A stretch of DNA of 64,000 nt from an uncultured Collinsella sp. (GTDB lineage Bacteria > Actinomycetota > Coriobacteriia > Coriobacteriales > Coriobacteriaceae). The notes below the pieces were generated by a model that was given only the letters and a program-made list of their open reading frames with translations, did not search any database and was not told where the DNA came from. This document shows positions 9,813 to 19,475 of the stretch, in pieces. Where the stretch lies: positions 40,111 through 104,110 of the forward strand of contig CABUIE010000003.1 of NCBI GenBank assembly GCA_902491565.1, read 5' to 3'. How positions within the stretch are numbered: the first letter of the stretch is position 1; the number at the start of each line of letters is the position of its first letter. Made by a program: the position numbers and the translations under genes.

Positions 9813-10913
9813 CTATTTCACGCATTGAGCCGCGAGATAGTCGCGGAAGAATGGCAATTCAAATGCGACGAGCCCTCGTCCTCGCTCCCCGATGATGCCG
9901 GCGTCTATCATGCGGCGTCGGTAGCGGGAGACCTGCTGCGGCGAACGCTTAAGGCGCTCGACAAGGTCAGCGGTGGTGGACTCTTCCTCGTCATCGAGCA
10001 TAGCGATGAGGAATCGCTTGTCCTCTGCAGTGAGTTCTCGATAGGTTGCCGCGAGGATTCGGTCGTCCATCTCGTCGCGCGCGATTTTGATTCCCAGGTC
10101 AAAGTCGCGTGAGGAGATTTCCTTCGAATCGCTTGTGAGATCCCAGGCACGGTAACCTACGAGTTGCAATAGGAAGGGAAATCCAGAGATCGAGCGAACG
10201 GCTCTATCGATTCCCTCGGCATCTGCCAGGCGATCGTTTTCCTGGATTGTGCGAATCAAGGCCTCGCGTACGTCATAGTCGGCAATGCGACCCAGATGAT
10301 ATTGTTGGGCGCGGCGAAGGAACGAGACCGTCTTGTGGTTCAGCAACGTAGAGACGTTGTTGGGAAGTCCCGCCATAAGCAAGGCGACGCGTTTCCCATC
10401 GGTCACAAAGTGCTGATACGTGGCTGCGAGTTGGATCATCTCGTCGAGTGTCGGGTCCACCTCGTCAACCGTGACGAGCAGACCGGTGCCCGCCTCGTTG
10501 AGCCGGTCGATGATGTCGCTCATGCGATAACGCCAGGTTGAGGCATCGTGAACGCGATTGACCTCGACGCTGCCGAGCGGTGCAATTCCGAGACCGGTGA
10601 CTTCGAAGTTCTTAGACGGGTCGATAAGATGGCCGGCAGCACGTTTCGCCCCGAACTCGATTTCCTCAAGCATTCCCGGGAGCGCGGTCGTCTTTACGGC
10701 TATCCAGCCGTGGGATTCCGCCCTTGTCGCGAGCGACGACATGAGAGCGGTTTTACCGGTTCCACGTGCGCCTGAGAAGATCGAGGTCAATTCTGGGCGC
10801 CTGCGCTGACTCAAGAAGGCGCGGTCCAAATCCCGAATAATCTGTTGTCTGCCAGCGAGATGGGCAGGAACCTCACCAAAACTGGGGGTAAACGGGTTTT
10901 CGAGGTATTCCAC
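9813..10913 (-). CDS. AAA+ ATPase with C-terminal winged helix, same family as 6147-7265
   Basis: NPFTPSFG, GARGTGKT, VTVDEVD, SFLRRAQ, GFPFLLQLVG, YRRRMIDAGII. Confidence 0.85.
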   Translation of the reverse strand: MEYLENPFTPSFGEVPAHLAGRQQIIRDLDRAFLSQRRRPELTSIFSGARGTGKTALMSSLATRAESHGWIAVKTTALPGMLEEIEFGAKRAAGHLIDPSKNFEVTGLGIAPLGSVEVNRVHDASTWRYRMSDIIDRLNEAGTGLLVTVDEVDPTLDEMIQLAATYQHFVTDGKRVALLMAGLPNNVSTLLNHKTVSFLRRAQQYHLGRIADYDVREALIRTIQENDRLADAEGIDRAVRSISGFPFLLQLVGYRAWDLTSDSKEISSRDFDLGIKIARDEMDDRILAATYRELTAEDKRFLIAMLDDEEESTTADLVERLKRSPQQVSRYRRRMIDAGIIGERGRGLVAFELPFFRDYLAAQCVK

Positions 10914-11150
10914 AATGCCCTCCTTTAGCGTCTCGGGTTAATTTCATTTTATTCTAGTTAATCTCAATTAAAAACGATTAATTTCATTTCAAAGCATAAG
11001 GTTGGCGCCGTGCGTTATCGAAGCGGTGCTTGAATAGCTTACGTTGGAGCCCGAAAATGGGTTCAACCCATTCGCGAAATTTGCACGCCCTATTGTGAGT
11101 GGGCTCTCAGATGAGCTGAAGCTGCCATCGTGCGGCTGATAGGGGCAATT

Positions 11151-11786
11151 ATGAAAAACAGAATCTATGGGTATGCTCGAGTTTCGTCAGCAGATCAGAA
11201 CCTGGATCGCCAACTGGATGCGCTGGAGCAGTTTCCGGTCCAAACGAATTTGATCTATGCTGACAAAGCGAGTGGAAAGGACTTCAGGCGTCCTCAGTAC
11301 CGGCGTCTTCTTCGTCGTCTGCGCGAAGGGGACGTTCTGGTGATTAAGAGTATCGATCGATTGGGTCGCGACTACCGTGAAGTTATCGATGAATGGCGTC
11401 GCCTAACGACGGACAAACGCGTTGCCATCGTGGTGCTCGATATGCCATTGCTTGATACACGCGAACAACCCAATGGAATTACGGGGACTTTTATTGCCGA
11501 TCTAGTGCTTCAGGTTTTGAGCTACGTGGCTCAGGTGGAGCGCGAAAACATAAAGCAAAGACAAGCTGAAGGTATTGCTTCGGCGCGATCGCGCGGCATT
11601 CGATTTGGACGCCCAATGATCGAGCGTCCAGAAAACTATCGTTCAGTTGTCCAATCATTTAAAGGAGGTGGGGTGACAAGGCGGGACGCTGCCGCACTAT
11701 TGGGCGTTAGTCCGTCGACGTTTGATCGTTGGAGACGGGCGGATTCAGCTATTGTTGACCGCCCGCCGTTTAATCGTTCGCTTTAA
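11151..11786 (+). CDS. Small serine recombinase (resolvase/invertase) with C-terminal HTH
   Basis: YGYARVSS..QNLDRQ, SIDRLGR, ERENIKQRQAEGI, GRP, AAALLGVSPSTFDRW. Confidence 0.92.
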   Translation: MKNRIYGYARVSSADQNLDRQLDALEQFPVQTNLIYADKASGKDFRRPQYRRLLRRLREGDVLVIKSIDRLGRDYREVIDEWRRLTTDKRVAIVVLDMPLLDTREQPNGITGTFIADLVLQVLSYVAQVERENIKQRQAEGIASARSRGIRFGRPMIERPENYRSVVQSFKGGGVTRRDAAALLGVSPSTFDRWRRADSAIVDRPPFNRSL

Positions 11787-11947
11787 CTAGACAATTTGAT
11801 GAGGGTAGTATTCTTACGCGGGCCCGCTCCTTCCCTCAGCATTTATCCAGTTCACGCCCTTAAACCAAATAGTGCCACCGCGTTGTCAATTCGTCTGCTT
11901 TTTGATGAGGGGCTATGAGTTGCAACGTCAATCGAAGGGAAATAGTC

Positions 11948-12763
11948 GTGAAACGAAATATTACTAAAAAGATGCCCATGATGGGTTTGCTTGTACTACT
12001 CATCTGTTCTCTGGGGTTCATTTCGGCCTGTTCACAGAATGATGCAAACGCTGCAAAGTCGAAATATGTCGACGATAAGGCGATGAATGTTATCGCCGCC
12101 GGGTTTGAGAGAAGGTCCGACGTCATTGAATCTAATGCAAACGATGATGATCCTCATTCAACCGAGAATATCCAGGAAGCTATTGAGGCCGAAATCAAGA
12201 ACGACAAGGAACTCAAGAACGCTAGGTTTAAGGATTCCAAGATGCAACAGGACGTAATCACGTATCTGAATCTGCTTGATGACCAGCTTAAAGTGACCGA
12301 GGATTACTCGCAATCGTCTTCGGATTATTACGAAGAGTGGAATAAGGTCTACGATAAGCGGTCTGCGCAGCTCAAAAAGCTTGTTGATAATTACGGGTTG
12401 GAAGTCGGGGAGAAATACGAGGATGATTTCAACGACTTAATTAAGAATGGAAAGTCCGTAGCAGAGAAGACCCGCTACGAGGATGCCATCAACAGTTTGA
12501 TTCAGGGAGCAAATTTCGAAAAATCGGATGACGGTTACGGTCTGTATACGTATACGGCGGTAGTTGAGAACACCTCTGGTATATCGTTCTCTAACGTCAG
12601 CCTGACACTTGCTCTCTATGATGCAGATGACATCAAAGCGGAGGAGACCTATGCGGACACTTCTTCGTGGGCGCCGGGTGAGAAAGTCAAGTTCGAGGCA
12701 ATGTCCGATGTTGACGCCGCGCGCGTTGTCGCATCTGTTTCCAGCTACGATGTAAATAAATAA
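11948..12763 (+). CDS. Lipoprotein with C-terminal FxLYD-like Ig domain
   Basis: Signal peptide ending FISAC (lipobox); VENTSG...LALYDADD...WAPGEKVKFE. Confidence 0.7.
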   Translation: MKRNITKKMPMMGLLVLLICSLGFISACSQNDANAAKSKYVDDKAMNVIAAGFERRSDVIESNANDDDPHSTENIQEAIEAEIKNDKELKNARFKDSKMQQDVITYLNLLDDQLKVTEDYSQSSSDYYEEWNKVYDKRSAQLKKLVDNYGLEVGEKYEDDFNDLIKNGKSVAEKTRYEDAINSLIQGANFEKSDDGYGLYTYTAVVENTSGISFSNVSLTLALYDADDIKAEETYADTSSWAPGEKVKFEAMSDVDAARVVASVSSYDVNK

Positions 12764-12977
12764 GTTCTGCACGGAAGGGGCGGGTTAATCGGCAATGAAT
12801 GGTTGACCTGCCCGTTTTATGCCAATTATTGAACAACAAGTGCTGCGAACGAATGCGTATTATTTCGGATTGCAAACAACTGCCCTCGTCTAAAGACATG
12901 CTGAAAACGACAATTAAGGCATGAGGTATAACCCACGGCAGTTTCTTAAATAACAGGGATTTTGAAAGGAATAGGGG

Positions 12978-13649
12978 ATGGATGAGATAGAGGAAGGCAT
13001 GGGGGCGCTGAAAGCGAAACTCGGGAGAATCCTGACAAAGCCCAAGGTATTCTTTGCGGGCCTGGCGCTTGGTGGAGTGATTGTGGCTGTACTTTTCATT
13101 ACCATCTTTAATAACGGCAAAGCTGCGGGCGCGAAAGAAACGACCCCCAATACGCTTTCCCCGTCGGTCGTGTTTGAACGCATCGCTTCCCAGAACGAGA
13201 TGGTTTCTGCATCGCAGAACTATGCGATTGTCGATAAGGTGACGGATACCAAGAGGTTTTTCGATTGGTTTGATATCCCGTTTACGGAAAACAGCTTTTG
13301 GTACCGCTATGTGGGAACCATTAAGGCGGGTGTGAATCTCGAGACGGCAGAGATACATACAAACAAGAAAAAGCTGACCATTACGATGGATGAGCCTTAT
13401 GTAATCTCGAACACGCCGGATATGAATAAGTCGGGTGCTCTCGAGGAACGCAACAACATCCTCAATCCCATTGAGGTCAAAGACGTCACGGCGTTTGAAG
13501 CGCAGTGCAAGGAGCGGAGTGAAAGCGAGGCCATCAAGGATGGCAAGCTGCTCGAAGAGGCTCGAGTGAACGCCGAAGCAAATTTCCGTGCGATGTTCAA
13601 CTCGGCATTTGGTGATGAATATACGGTTGATTTCGACTATCGGAAATAG
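12978..13649 (+). CDS. DUF4230-like single-TM protein
   Basis: N-terminal TM; YVGTIKAGVNLE, KKLTITM.EP, LLEEARVNAE pattern. Confidence 0.75.
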   Translation: MDEIEEGMGALKAKLGRILTKPKVFFAGLALGGVIVAVLFITIFNNGKAAGAKETTPNTLSPSVVFERIASQNEMVSASQNYAIVDKVTDTKRFFDWFDIPFTENSFWYRYVGTIKAGVNLETAEIHTNKKKLTITMDEPYVISNTPDMNKSGALEERNNILNPIEVKDVTAFEAQCKERSESEAIKDGKLLEEARVNAEANFRAMFNSAFGDEYTVDFDYRK

Positions 13650-13658
13650 GAGGTCACT

Positions 13659-14720
13659 ATGGAGGATAAAGACGATCTAGCTGTTGTCGAAAGGGAGGAG
13701 CTGTCGCGACATAAGCAGAGTTTTGATATCCGTAAGGCCGCTGCTGGGTTGGTTGATGGCGCCGGAAGCGCGATGGCGGGCGCGGTTGCAACCGTACAGA
13801 AAGTTGCCGATGGTGCAATGCGTGCTGCAACTCCGATGGTCGATGACGCCTTGGCGGCTATTGCTGATGCGGCCGATGGTGCGGCAGGTGCTGCTGCGGA
13901 TATTGGTGACGCCGTCAACGATTGGGCATACCAGCAACAGCTCAATAGGTACAGGCCTGTAACCAAAGAGGTCTATCAGAGCCCTTCATTCCATTTGCCG
14001 AACATGATTCGAATTGTTGACGGAAATGAGCGTCGGGACATCGATGTCTGTAGGGATGCTATTGGTTGGTTGGATACTGTTAAGGGCACGCAGATTTTTA
14101 ATTTGTACCGCGAAGCAATTGGGGATAGCGAGCTGTCTTTCTACCCTAAACCATCTCTTTATTCCACATATTACATAGATGCTTTTGATCGGTCTCGCTT
14201 TGTTGATCTTGACTCCTATTTCGCAACCATGCAACAAGACAAGATGGCCGAGTTGAGACGGATTGCGTTCATGCTTGGCGCGAAGCGCTGCAAGTTGGAG
14301 GTGACGGAGTACGAGGAAACTCGGAGAGGCCACCAGGTTAAGGGAAATGCCAAAGCGGGAAAGAAGGGCTCGGCTCGAATCAACGGCTCTTTGAGCGATT
14401 TAACGAGAAATGAGAAGAAAATCCTGTTTACACAGGAATTCGAGGGAGACATGGTTCCACAGCGCCCTGAACTCCATTGGTATGCCCATGACTCTGACAT
14501 TCTCTTGTTAATCGAAACGAGATGCGGTGGAGAGGATAAAAACAAGGCGAAGAGTTATCGGGTTGAATTGAAAAGCGAGACGACCATGACCATGTCAGTA
14601 TCGCTTGCTATGGCTATCGATGAGGCATGCAGCAAGCTGAACATAAGGGCGAATTCGAGCCTGACAAGCCAAGCTAAGCGAGAACTTCGGCAGTCGTTTG
14701 TATTTGAAGTTGAATTCTGA
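13659..14720 (+). CDS. Hypothetical protein (Ala-rich N-terminus, beta-rich C-terminus)
   Basis: 353-aa ORF with RBS AGGAGG directly after the DUF4230 gene. Confidence 0.8.
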   Translation: MEDKDDLAVVEREELSRHKQSFDIRKAAAGLVDGAGSAMAGAVATVQKVADGAMRAATPMVDDALAAIADAADGAAGAAADIGDAVNDWAYQQQLNRYRPVTKEVYQSPSFHLPNMIRIVDGNERRDIDVCRDAIGWLDTVKGTQIFNLYREAIGDSELSFYPKPSLYSTYYIDAFDRSRFVDLDSYFATMQQDKMAELRRIAFMLGAKRCKLEVTEYEETRRGHQVKGNAKAGKKGSARINGSLSDLTRNEKKILFTQEFEGDMVPQRPELHWYAHDSDILLLIETRCGGEDKNKAKSYRVELKSETTMTMSVSLAMAIDEACSKLNIRANSSLTSQAKRELRQSFVFEVEF

Positions 14721-14737
14721 CGTGAATTGTTAGCAGC

Positions 14738-14774
14738 CAAATGCGGCAAAGGGACTGTCCCTTTGCCGCATTTG
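14738..14774. repeat. REP-like palindrome/terminator with AAAGGGACTGTCCCTTT core
   Basis: CAAATGCGGCAAAGGGAC-T-GTCCCTTTGCCGCATTTG, perfect 18-bp arms. Confidence 0.75.
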
Positions 14775-14849
14775 ATGTCAAAACCATTTTGTCAAGGACT
14801 AGAGAGTTTGAAAGTCTACCATTTCTACCCCGTCTCCTAATGGCAGGTT

Positions 14850-15449
14850 TTACATGCCGGCAAAGCCTGTTTGGCGTAGGGCCTCGTAGAGGACGATGGC
14901 GGCGCTGTTGGAGAGGTTGAGGGCGCTGATGCGGTAGTCGTCGGGATTGACGAAGTTGCCGCAGATATCCTGCCGAAGGATGGCCTCGTGGCTGTCCTCG
15001 GTATGTCCCAGCGATTCCTCGTGGGCTTCCCATGCCTCGGCGTTATCGAGTGAGTCACAATCGCGCAGCATCGGGATGCGCTCGCAGCGCTCGGGCGCCG
15101 CGGCAAGCAGTGGCTCGGGAATGCCCGAGCTCTCGCTGCCAAAGACCAAGTAGTCGCCATCACGGTAGGTACTCTGCGCATAGGTACGGCGTGCCTTTTT
15201 GGTCAGCAGATGCAGGCGCTCGTCGGCGGGGGAGAGGTCGTTACGCGCAAGAAAATCCTCCCAGCCGGCATAAGTCGTCACGTCCAAGTTTTGCCAGTAG
15301 CCCAGTCCGGCGCGACGCACCGTCTTGTCGTCGAGTGAAAACCCCAGCGGCTCCACCAGATGCAGGCGGGCGCCGGTAACCACGCAGGTGCGGCCGATAT
15401 TGCCCGTATTGGCCGGAATCTCGGGCGCATACAGCACAATGTTGAACAT
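14850..15449 (-). CDS. trmL: tRNA (cytidine/uridine-34 2'-O)-methyltransferase, SPOUT
   Basis: PEIPANTGNIGRTC, LHLVEPLGF, RRAGLGYW, FGSESSG, LNLSNSAAIVLYEALRQ. Confidence 0.9.
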   Translation of the reverse strand: MFNIVLYAPEIPANTGNIGRTCVVTGARLHLVEPLGFSLDDKTVRRAGLGYWQNLDVTTYAGWEDFLARNDLSPADERLHLLTKKARRTYAQSTYRDGDYLVFGSESSGIPEPLLAAAPERCERIPMLRDCDSLDNAEAWEAHEESLGHTEDSHEAILRQDICGNFVNPDDYRISALNLSNSAAIVLYEALRQTGFAGM

Positions 15450-15544
15450 GAATCTCCTTGGCATAGAACGAAAAACCACCACGAAGGGGCGCCTTCGTGG
15501 TGGTTAGCGGTTACGTGGGCGGGCAAACGCTCGCTTCGATAAAC

Positions 15545-16675
15545 CTAGGCGCGGTGCCAGTCGGTCAGGCAGGCATCGAGGGAGGCGATGAGCGCGTCCT
15601 TGTCCATGTGACGGCCGATGATGCACAGGCTTGTCATGCGGTCTCCCGTCTCGTCGTCCCAAATCTGCATGATTTCGGGGTTCTCGTCGATGATCTTCTG
15701 CTTCTCGCCCTCGGGCGCCGAATCGACAAACAGGCCGTTCTCCATCAGGCGCATCTGGTGGCCGGCCTGCTCAAACATGTAGCACATGTCCGGATCGCCG
15801 GTCTGCCACAGCGGACCCTTGACGCGGATGACCTCGTCGGGCCACTCCTGCTCAACAAAATTGGTGAACTTCTGCAGGTCAAACGGCTTGCGGCGCGAGT
15901 ACACAAAGGTCTCGATGTCGTACTCGAGCACCTCGGGGTCGTCGTGCTCCTCTGGATGCTCCATGGCCTCGATCCAGGCGGCGGAGTTGTAAGCGCGCAT
16001 AAAGTCGAAGCGGTCGGTGTCGAGCAGCTCTTCCATGGGGACCTCGCCGTTTTGAGCCTCGACAATCACGGCGTCCTTCTGCAGGCTGCGCACGATGGCC
16101 TTGAGCTCGGCGATCTGCTCGGGACTCACGGTATCGGTCTTGTTGAGGATCAGCGTGGAGCAGAACTCGATCTGCTGGATGAGCAGGCTTTCGATGTCGT
16201 CCTCGTCGATATCCTCGGCCAGCAGGTCGCGACCGCCGTTGAACTCGTCGTACATGCGGGCGCAGTCGACCACGGCCACGATGTTGTCGAGCGCGAGCTT
16301 GGGCTCGCCGCCCACCTTGGCCTCGTCGCAGAAGCTCGAGATGGTGTAGGCGATGGGGATGGGCTCGCAAATACCCGATGCCTCGATGATGATGTAGTCG
16401 AAGTCGCCCGAATCGGCGATGCCCTGCAGCTGGTTGGCAAGGTCGTCCGAAAGCGTGCAGCAGATGCAGCCGTTGGTGAGCGGGATGAGGTCATCGGTTT
16501 CGGAAAGACCGCCGTCGGCGATGAGGCTGGCGTCGACATTGATCTCGCCGATGTCGTTGACGATCACGGCGGCGCGGATGCCGCCGTCGTTAGCGAGGAT
16601 GTGGTTGAGCAGCGTGGTCTTGCCGGCACCGAGGTATCCGGTAAGCATGATGATTTTCACGGGTTTGTTGGGCAT
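15545..16675 (-). CDS. COG0523/CobW-family metallochaperone GTPase
   Basis: TGYLGAGKTT, NGCICCT, IEASG, NKTD, RVKG. Confidence 0.92.
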   Translation of the reverse strand: MPNKPVKIIMLTGYLGAGKTTLLNHILANDGGIRAAVIVNDIGEINVDASLIADGGLSETDDLIPLTNGCICCTLSDDLANQLQGIADSGDFDYIIIEASGICEPIPIAYTISSFCDEAKVGGEPKLALDNIVAVVDCARMYDEFNGGRDLLAEDIDEDDIESLLIQQIEFCSTLILNKTDTVSPEQIAELKAIVRSLQKDAVIVEAQNGEVPMEELLDTDRFDFMRAYNSAAWIEAMEHPEEHDDPEVLEYDIETFVYSRRKPFDLQKFTNFVEQEWPDEVIRVKGPLWQTGDPDMCYMFEQAGHQMRLMENGLFVDSAPEGEKQKIIDENPEIMQIWDDETGDRMTSLCIIGRHMDKDALIASLDACLTDWHRA

Positions 16676-16761
16676 GTGCCCTCCTTTGTTAGACATGGCT
16701 TACAGTTGAATCATATGCCAAACGCCTGCTCTTATACCCACGCGCCGGCAAATAACACAGG

Positions 16762-17103
16762 CTACTCCCAGGCTCCCCATACATCGGGGCAATAACCGAC
16801 GGTGGCCTTTTTGCCGTTGCGCACGATGGGCTCGGCCAAGACCTGCTGGTTCTCGAGCAGCTTGTCGAAGCGCTGGCTAGGGGTGAGGTGCTGGATGAGC
16901 GCGAGCGTCTCCTCGTCCTTAGCCTTGGGGTTGAGCAGCTTGTCGATGCCGCCGACCGCCTGCATCACGCTCGTGAGCTCGCCCTTGCTCATCTCCTTTT
17001 CCTTAAGGTCGATAAACTGCACCTTAATGCGGCGCTCCTTAAAATAACGCTGAGCCTTCTTGGTATCGAAAGACTTTTTGGTGCCAAAAATTTGCACGTT
17101 CAT
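16762..17103 (-). CDS. ArsC/Spx-family protein
   Basis: MNVQIFGTKKSFDTKKAQRYFKERRI...PIVRNGKKATVGY. Confidence 0.8.
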   Translation of the reverse strand: MNVQIFGTKKSFDTKKAQRYFKERRIKVQFIDLKEKEMSKGELTSVMQAVGGIDKLLNPKAKDEETLALIQHLTPSQRFDKLLENQQVLAEPIVRNGKKATVGYCPDVWGAWE

Positions 17104-17120
17104 GTATTTGTTCCGCCGTT

Positions 17121-17747
17121 CTACCTGATGAAGTTGGTGCGCTCGCGATCGGCTTCGGGGGCTTCGATGCCGGCGGCCTGTCCTGCCTCGATACAATGCA
17201 GGAGCCAGGCCATGTTCTTGCCGATGTTGCGCATGGTGGCCAGGCCCTCGGCGTCTTGGGCGGCCTCGCCCGGTATGGCGCCAAACACGTTGTTCCAGTA
17301 CGTGGAAGCAACCACGGGCATCTGGTTGATGGTGAAGTACTTATTGAGCACGTCGAAGGTGGTCGACGTGCCGCCGCGACGGGCAACGGCGACGGCAGCG
17401 CCCGGCTTGTGTGCAAAGGCTTTGCTGCCGGCATAGAAGGCGCGATCGAGGGCCGAAAGGATGCGTCCGCTGGGGTGCGCATAGTAGACGGGCGAGCCAA
17501 AGACAAAACCATCTGCCTGCTCGGCGGCAGCGATCAGCTCGTTCACCACGTCATCGTCAAAGGTGCAGCGGCAATCGAGCTTGCCGCACTGACCACAGCC
17601 AATGCAGTCGCGAATGGGCTTGGTGCCCAGCTGAAACACCTCGGTATCAATGCCTTCGGCATTGAGTTGCTCGGCGACCTCGGCGAGTGCGCGGGCGGTG
17701 TTGCCGTTTGCCTTGGGGCTGCCATTGACCAAAAGAACCTTCATCAC
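17121..17747 (-). CDS. Iron-sulfur flavoprotein / multimeric flavodoxin family
   Basis: NGSPKANGNT, CIGCGQC....C, GSPVYY, RRGG. Confidence 0.88.
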   Translation of the reverse strand: MMKVLLVNGSPKANGNTARALAEVAEQLNAEGIDTEVFQLGTKPIRDCIGCGQCGKLDCRCTFDDDVVNELIAAAEQADGFVFGSPVYYAHPSGRILSALDRAFYAGSKAFAHKPGAAVAVARRGGTSTTFDVLNKYFTINQMPVVASTYWNNVFGAIPGEAAQDAEGLATMRNIGKNMAWLLHCIEAGQAAGIEAPEADRERTNFIR

Positions 17748-17818
17748 AAACTCCCTCTGCTGTCGGTGACTTCTGCAGAGGATTATCGCACGATGGGGGA
17801 GGCGGTGTGGGCGCGGTG

Positions 17819-19348
17819 CTAATCCAGTTTGGTGCCTGGCACCTGCACGGCTTTCCCGAGCAACGCTTTGAGCTCGTTCAAAATGGAAACGGGCTGACGG
17901 TCGACGCCGTCCAGATGGAGCGTGGCCACGCGAATGGGTGGCTGATATTCAAATGGGCCAAAGAGCACGGGCGAACCCAGGAACCGCTCGATTTCCTCTG
18001 CAATCGCATCGGTTTCTTCGGGATCAAAGTCGTCGAAAAGAGCCACGAACATCGGCCCCGTCGAGCGGAACATACGACCCTTACCGCGCGAGCATTCCAC
18101 CAGACAGGCGGCACATTCTGCCAAAACGCGGTCGCCCGCATCAAAGCCAAAGCGGGCATTGACCTGAGCGATATCGTCGATTTTGATGGCGATCAAACCA
18201 GCCTTGCGCGCCACGCGACGCATTTCGCCAATGGCGTTGACCAGGGCGTGAATATCGCCCAAGCCGGTCACGGAATCGGTCGTATCTGCCAAGCTTCGGT
18301 TGATGATAATGCCCACATACATGCCGGGCTCGGTATCGGTGCCGTCCAAGCGGTAGCCCGTGCAGTCGCAAAGCACGTATTTTCCGGTGGCATCCATTAC
18401 GCGATACTGCATGTAGTGGAAGTGCCACGTGCCGTTTATCACCATGTCGAGCTCGGCACGTACGTTGTCGCGGTCCTCGGGATGAACGCGGGCGAGCCAC
18501 ATGTCGAGTGAGTTAAAAGGGTGCTGGGAGGGCAGGTCAAAATCGCGCACGGCGTTAACCGGCCATTGCGATTCTCCCGTATCGAGATTGAGGATAAACG
18601 GATAGCGCGTCTCGGAGCTCATGGAGATCGCTTGGAACACCCGGTCGTTGCAGGGAAGCTGATCGACGATTGGGCGTTGCGGCGCGTCATCGTCTTTCGG
18701 TTGCTGCACACGATGCATAAGCTTATAGCGATACATTTTGCGATCGGCATCCATCGTCATCTGGCGACGCGTGTCGCCAGCAAGTGGATCGACGCGCGAG
18801 CAGCCAAAGCTAAAGCTGCCGATCATGGGCGCCTTGCCACCTGAGCTCGCCTCGATCAGCCCGGCACGTACCTGCTCCAAGCGCTGCTCGAGTTCGGTCT
18901 CGTTTGCGGAGAGCGAGATAAGCACAAACTCGTCTCCACCGATACGGAACAGCATCTCATCGTGCTCCATGGTTTCGGAGAGCGTGCGGCAGATGCCCAG
19001 AATATAGCGATTGCCTTCGGCGTGGCCAAACCTATCATTGCAATGCTTGAGATGGTCGATGTCAATATAGGCGCAGGTGAAGGGATCGCCTTTGCGCCAG
19101 AGTTGCTCGACGTGACGGTCGAATCCGTTGCGGTTGCCCAAGTTGGTGAGCGGATCGATATAGGCGTTGCGCTCAAGCAGCTGGCGCTCTTGTTGCAGGA
19201 TGGCATGCGTCTTTTGCAGTTGCTCACCAACGGCGCGTAGCTCAGCAGGCAGCGCGGCAACATCGAGTTCGGCGGTCGAGACGCCGTTCGCAAGTCGCTG
19301 AAGATAGGCAATAATCGATTGCTCGCCCAGGCGATATGACTCGTTCAT
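17819..19348 (-). CDS. Diguanylate cyclase (GGDEF-PAS-degenerate GGDEF)
   Basis: DPLTNLGNR, RIGGDEF, VHPEDR (PAS), second domain with RSTGPMF. Confidence 0.88.
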   Translation of the reverse strand: MNESYRLGEQSIIAYLQRLANGVSTAELDVAALPAELRAVGEQLQKTHAILQQERQLLERNAYIDPLTNLGNRNGFDRHVEQLWRKGDPFTCAYIDIDHLKHCNDRFGHAEGNRYILGICRTLSETMEHDEMLFRIGGDEFVLISLSANETELEQRLEQVRAGLIEASSGGKAPMIGSFSFGCSRVDPLAGDTRRQMTMDADRKMYRYKLMHRVQQPKDDDAPQRPIVDQLPCNDRVFQAISMSSETRYPFILNLDTGESQWPVNAVRDFDLPSQHPFNSLDMWLARVHPEDRDNVRAELDMVINGTWHFHYMQYRVMDATGKYVLCDCTGYRLDGTDTEPGMYVGIIINRSLADTTDSVTGLGDIHALVNAIGEMRRVARKAGLIAIKIDDIAQVNARFGFDAGDRVLAECAACLVECSRGKGRMFRSTGPMFVALFDDFDPEETDAIAEEIERFLGSPVLFGPFEYQPPIRVATLHLDGVDRQPVSILNELKALLGKAVQVPGTKLD

Positions 19349-19475
19349 GATGGATAACCTCCTTGGGCGGAACAACGGTTTGTATCATATCCCCAATTTG
19401 GTTTGAATTGGGGATATAAGTTAGCTAATGGAGACAAATACCCCCTTCGACGGTGGCGTTTTGCGCACGAGCGTA

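Noticed and set aside
11030..11900. Invertible promoter (phase-variation switch) driven by the serine recombinase
   Set aside because: Could not find a pair of long inverted repeats delimiting an invertible segment by eye
15497..16795. 432-aa plus-strand ORF and similar long antisense ORFs (27601, 43090, 46938, 54414)
   Set aside because: Antisense shadows of well-supported genes, with no recognisable motifs
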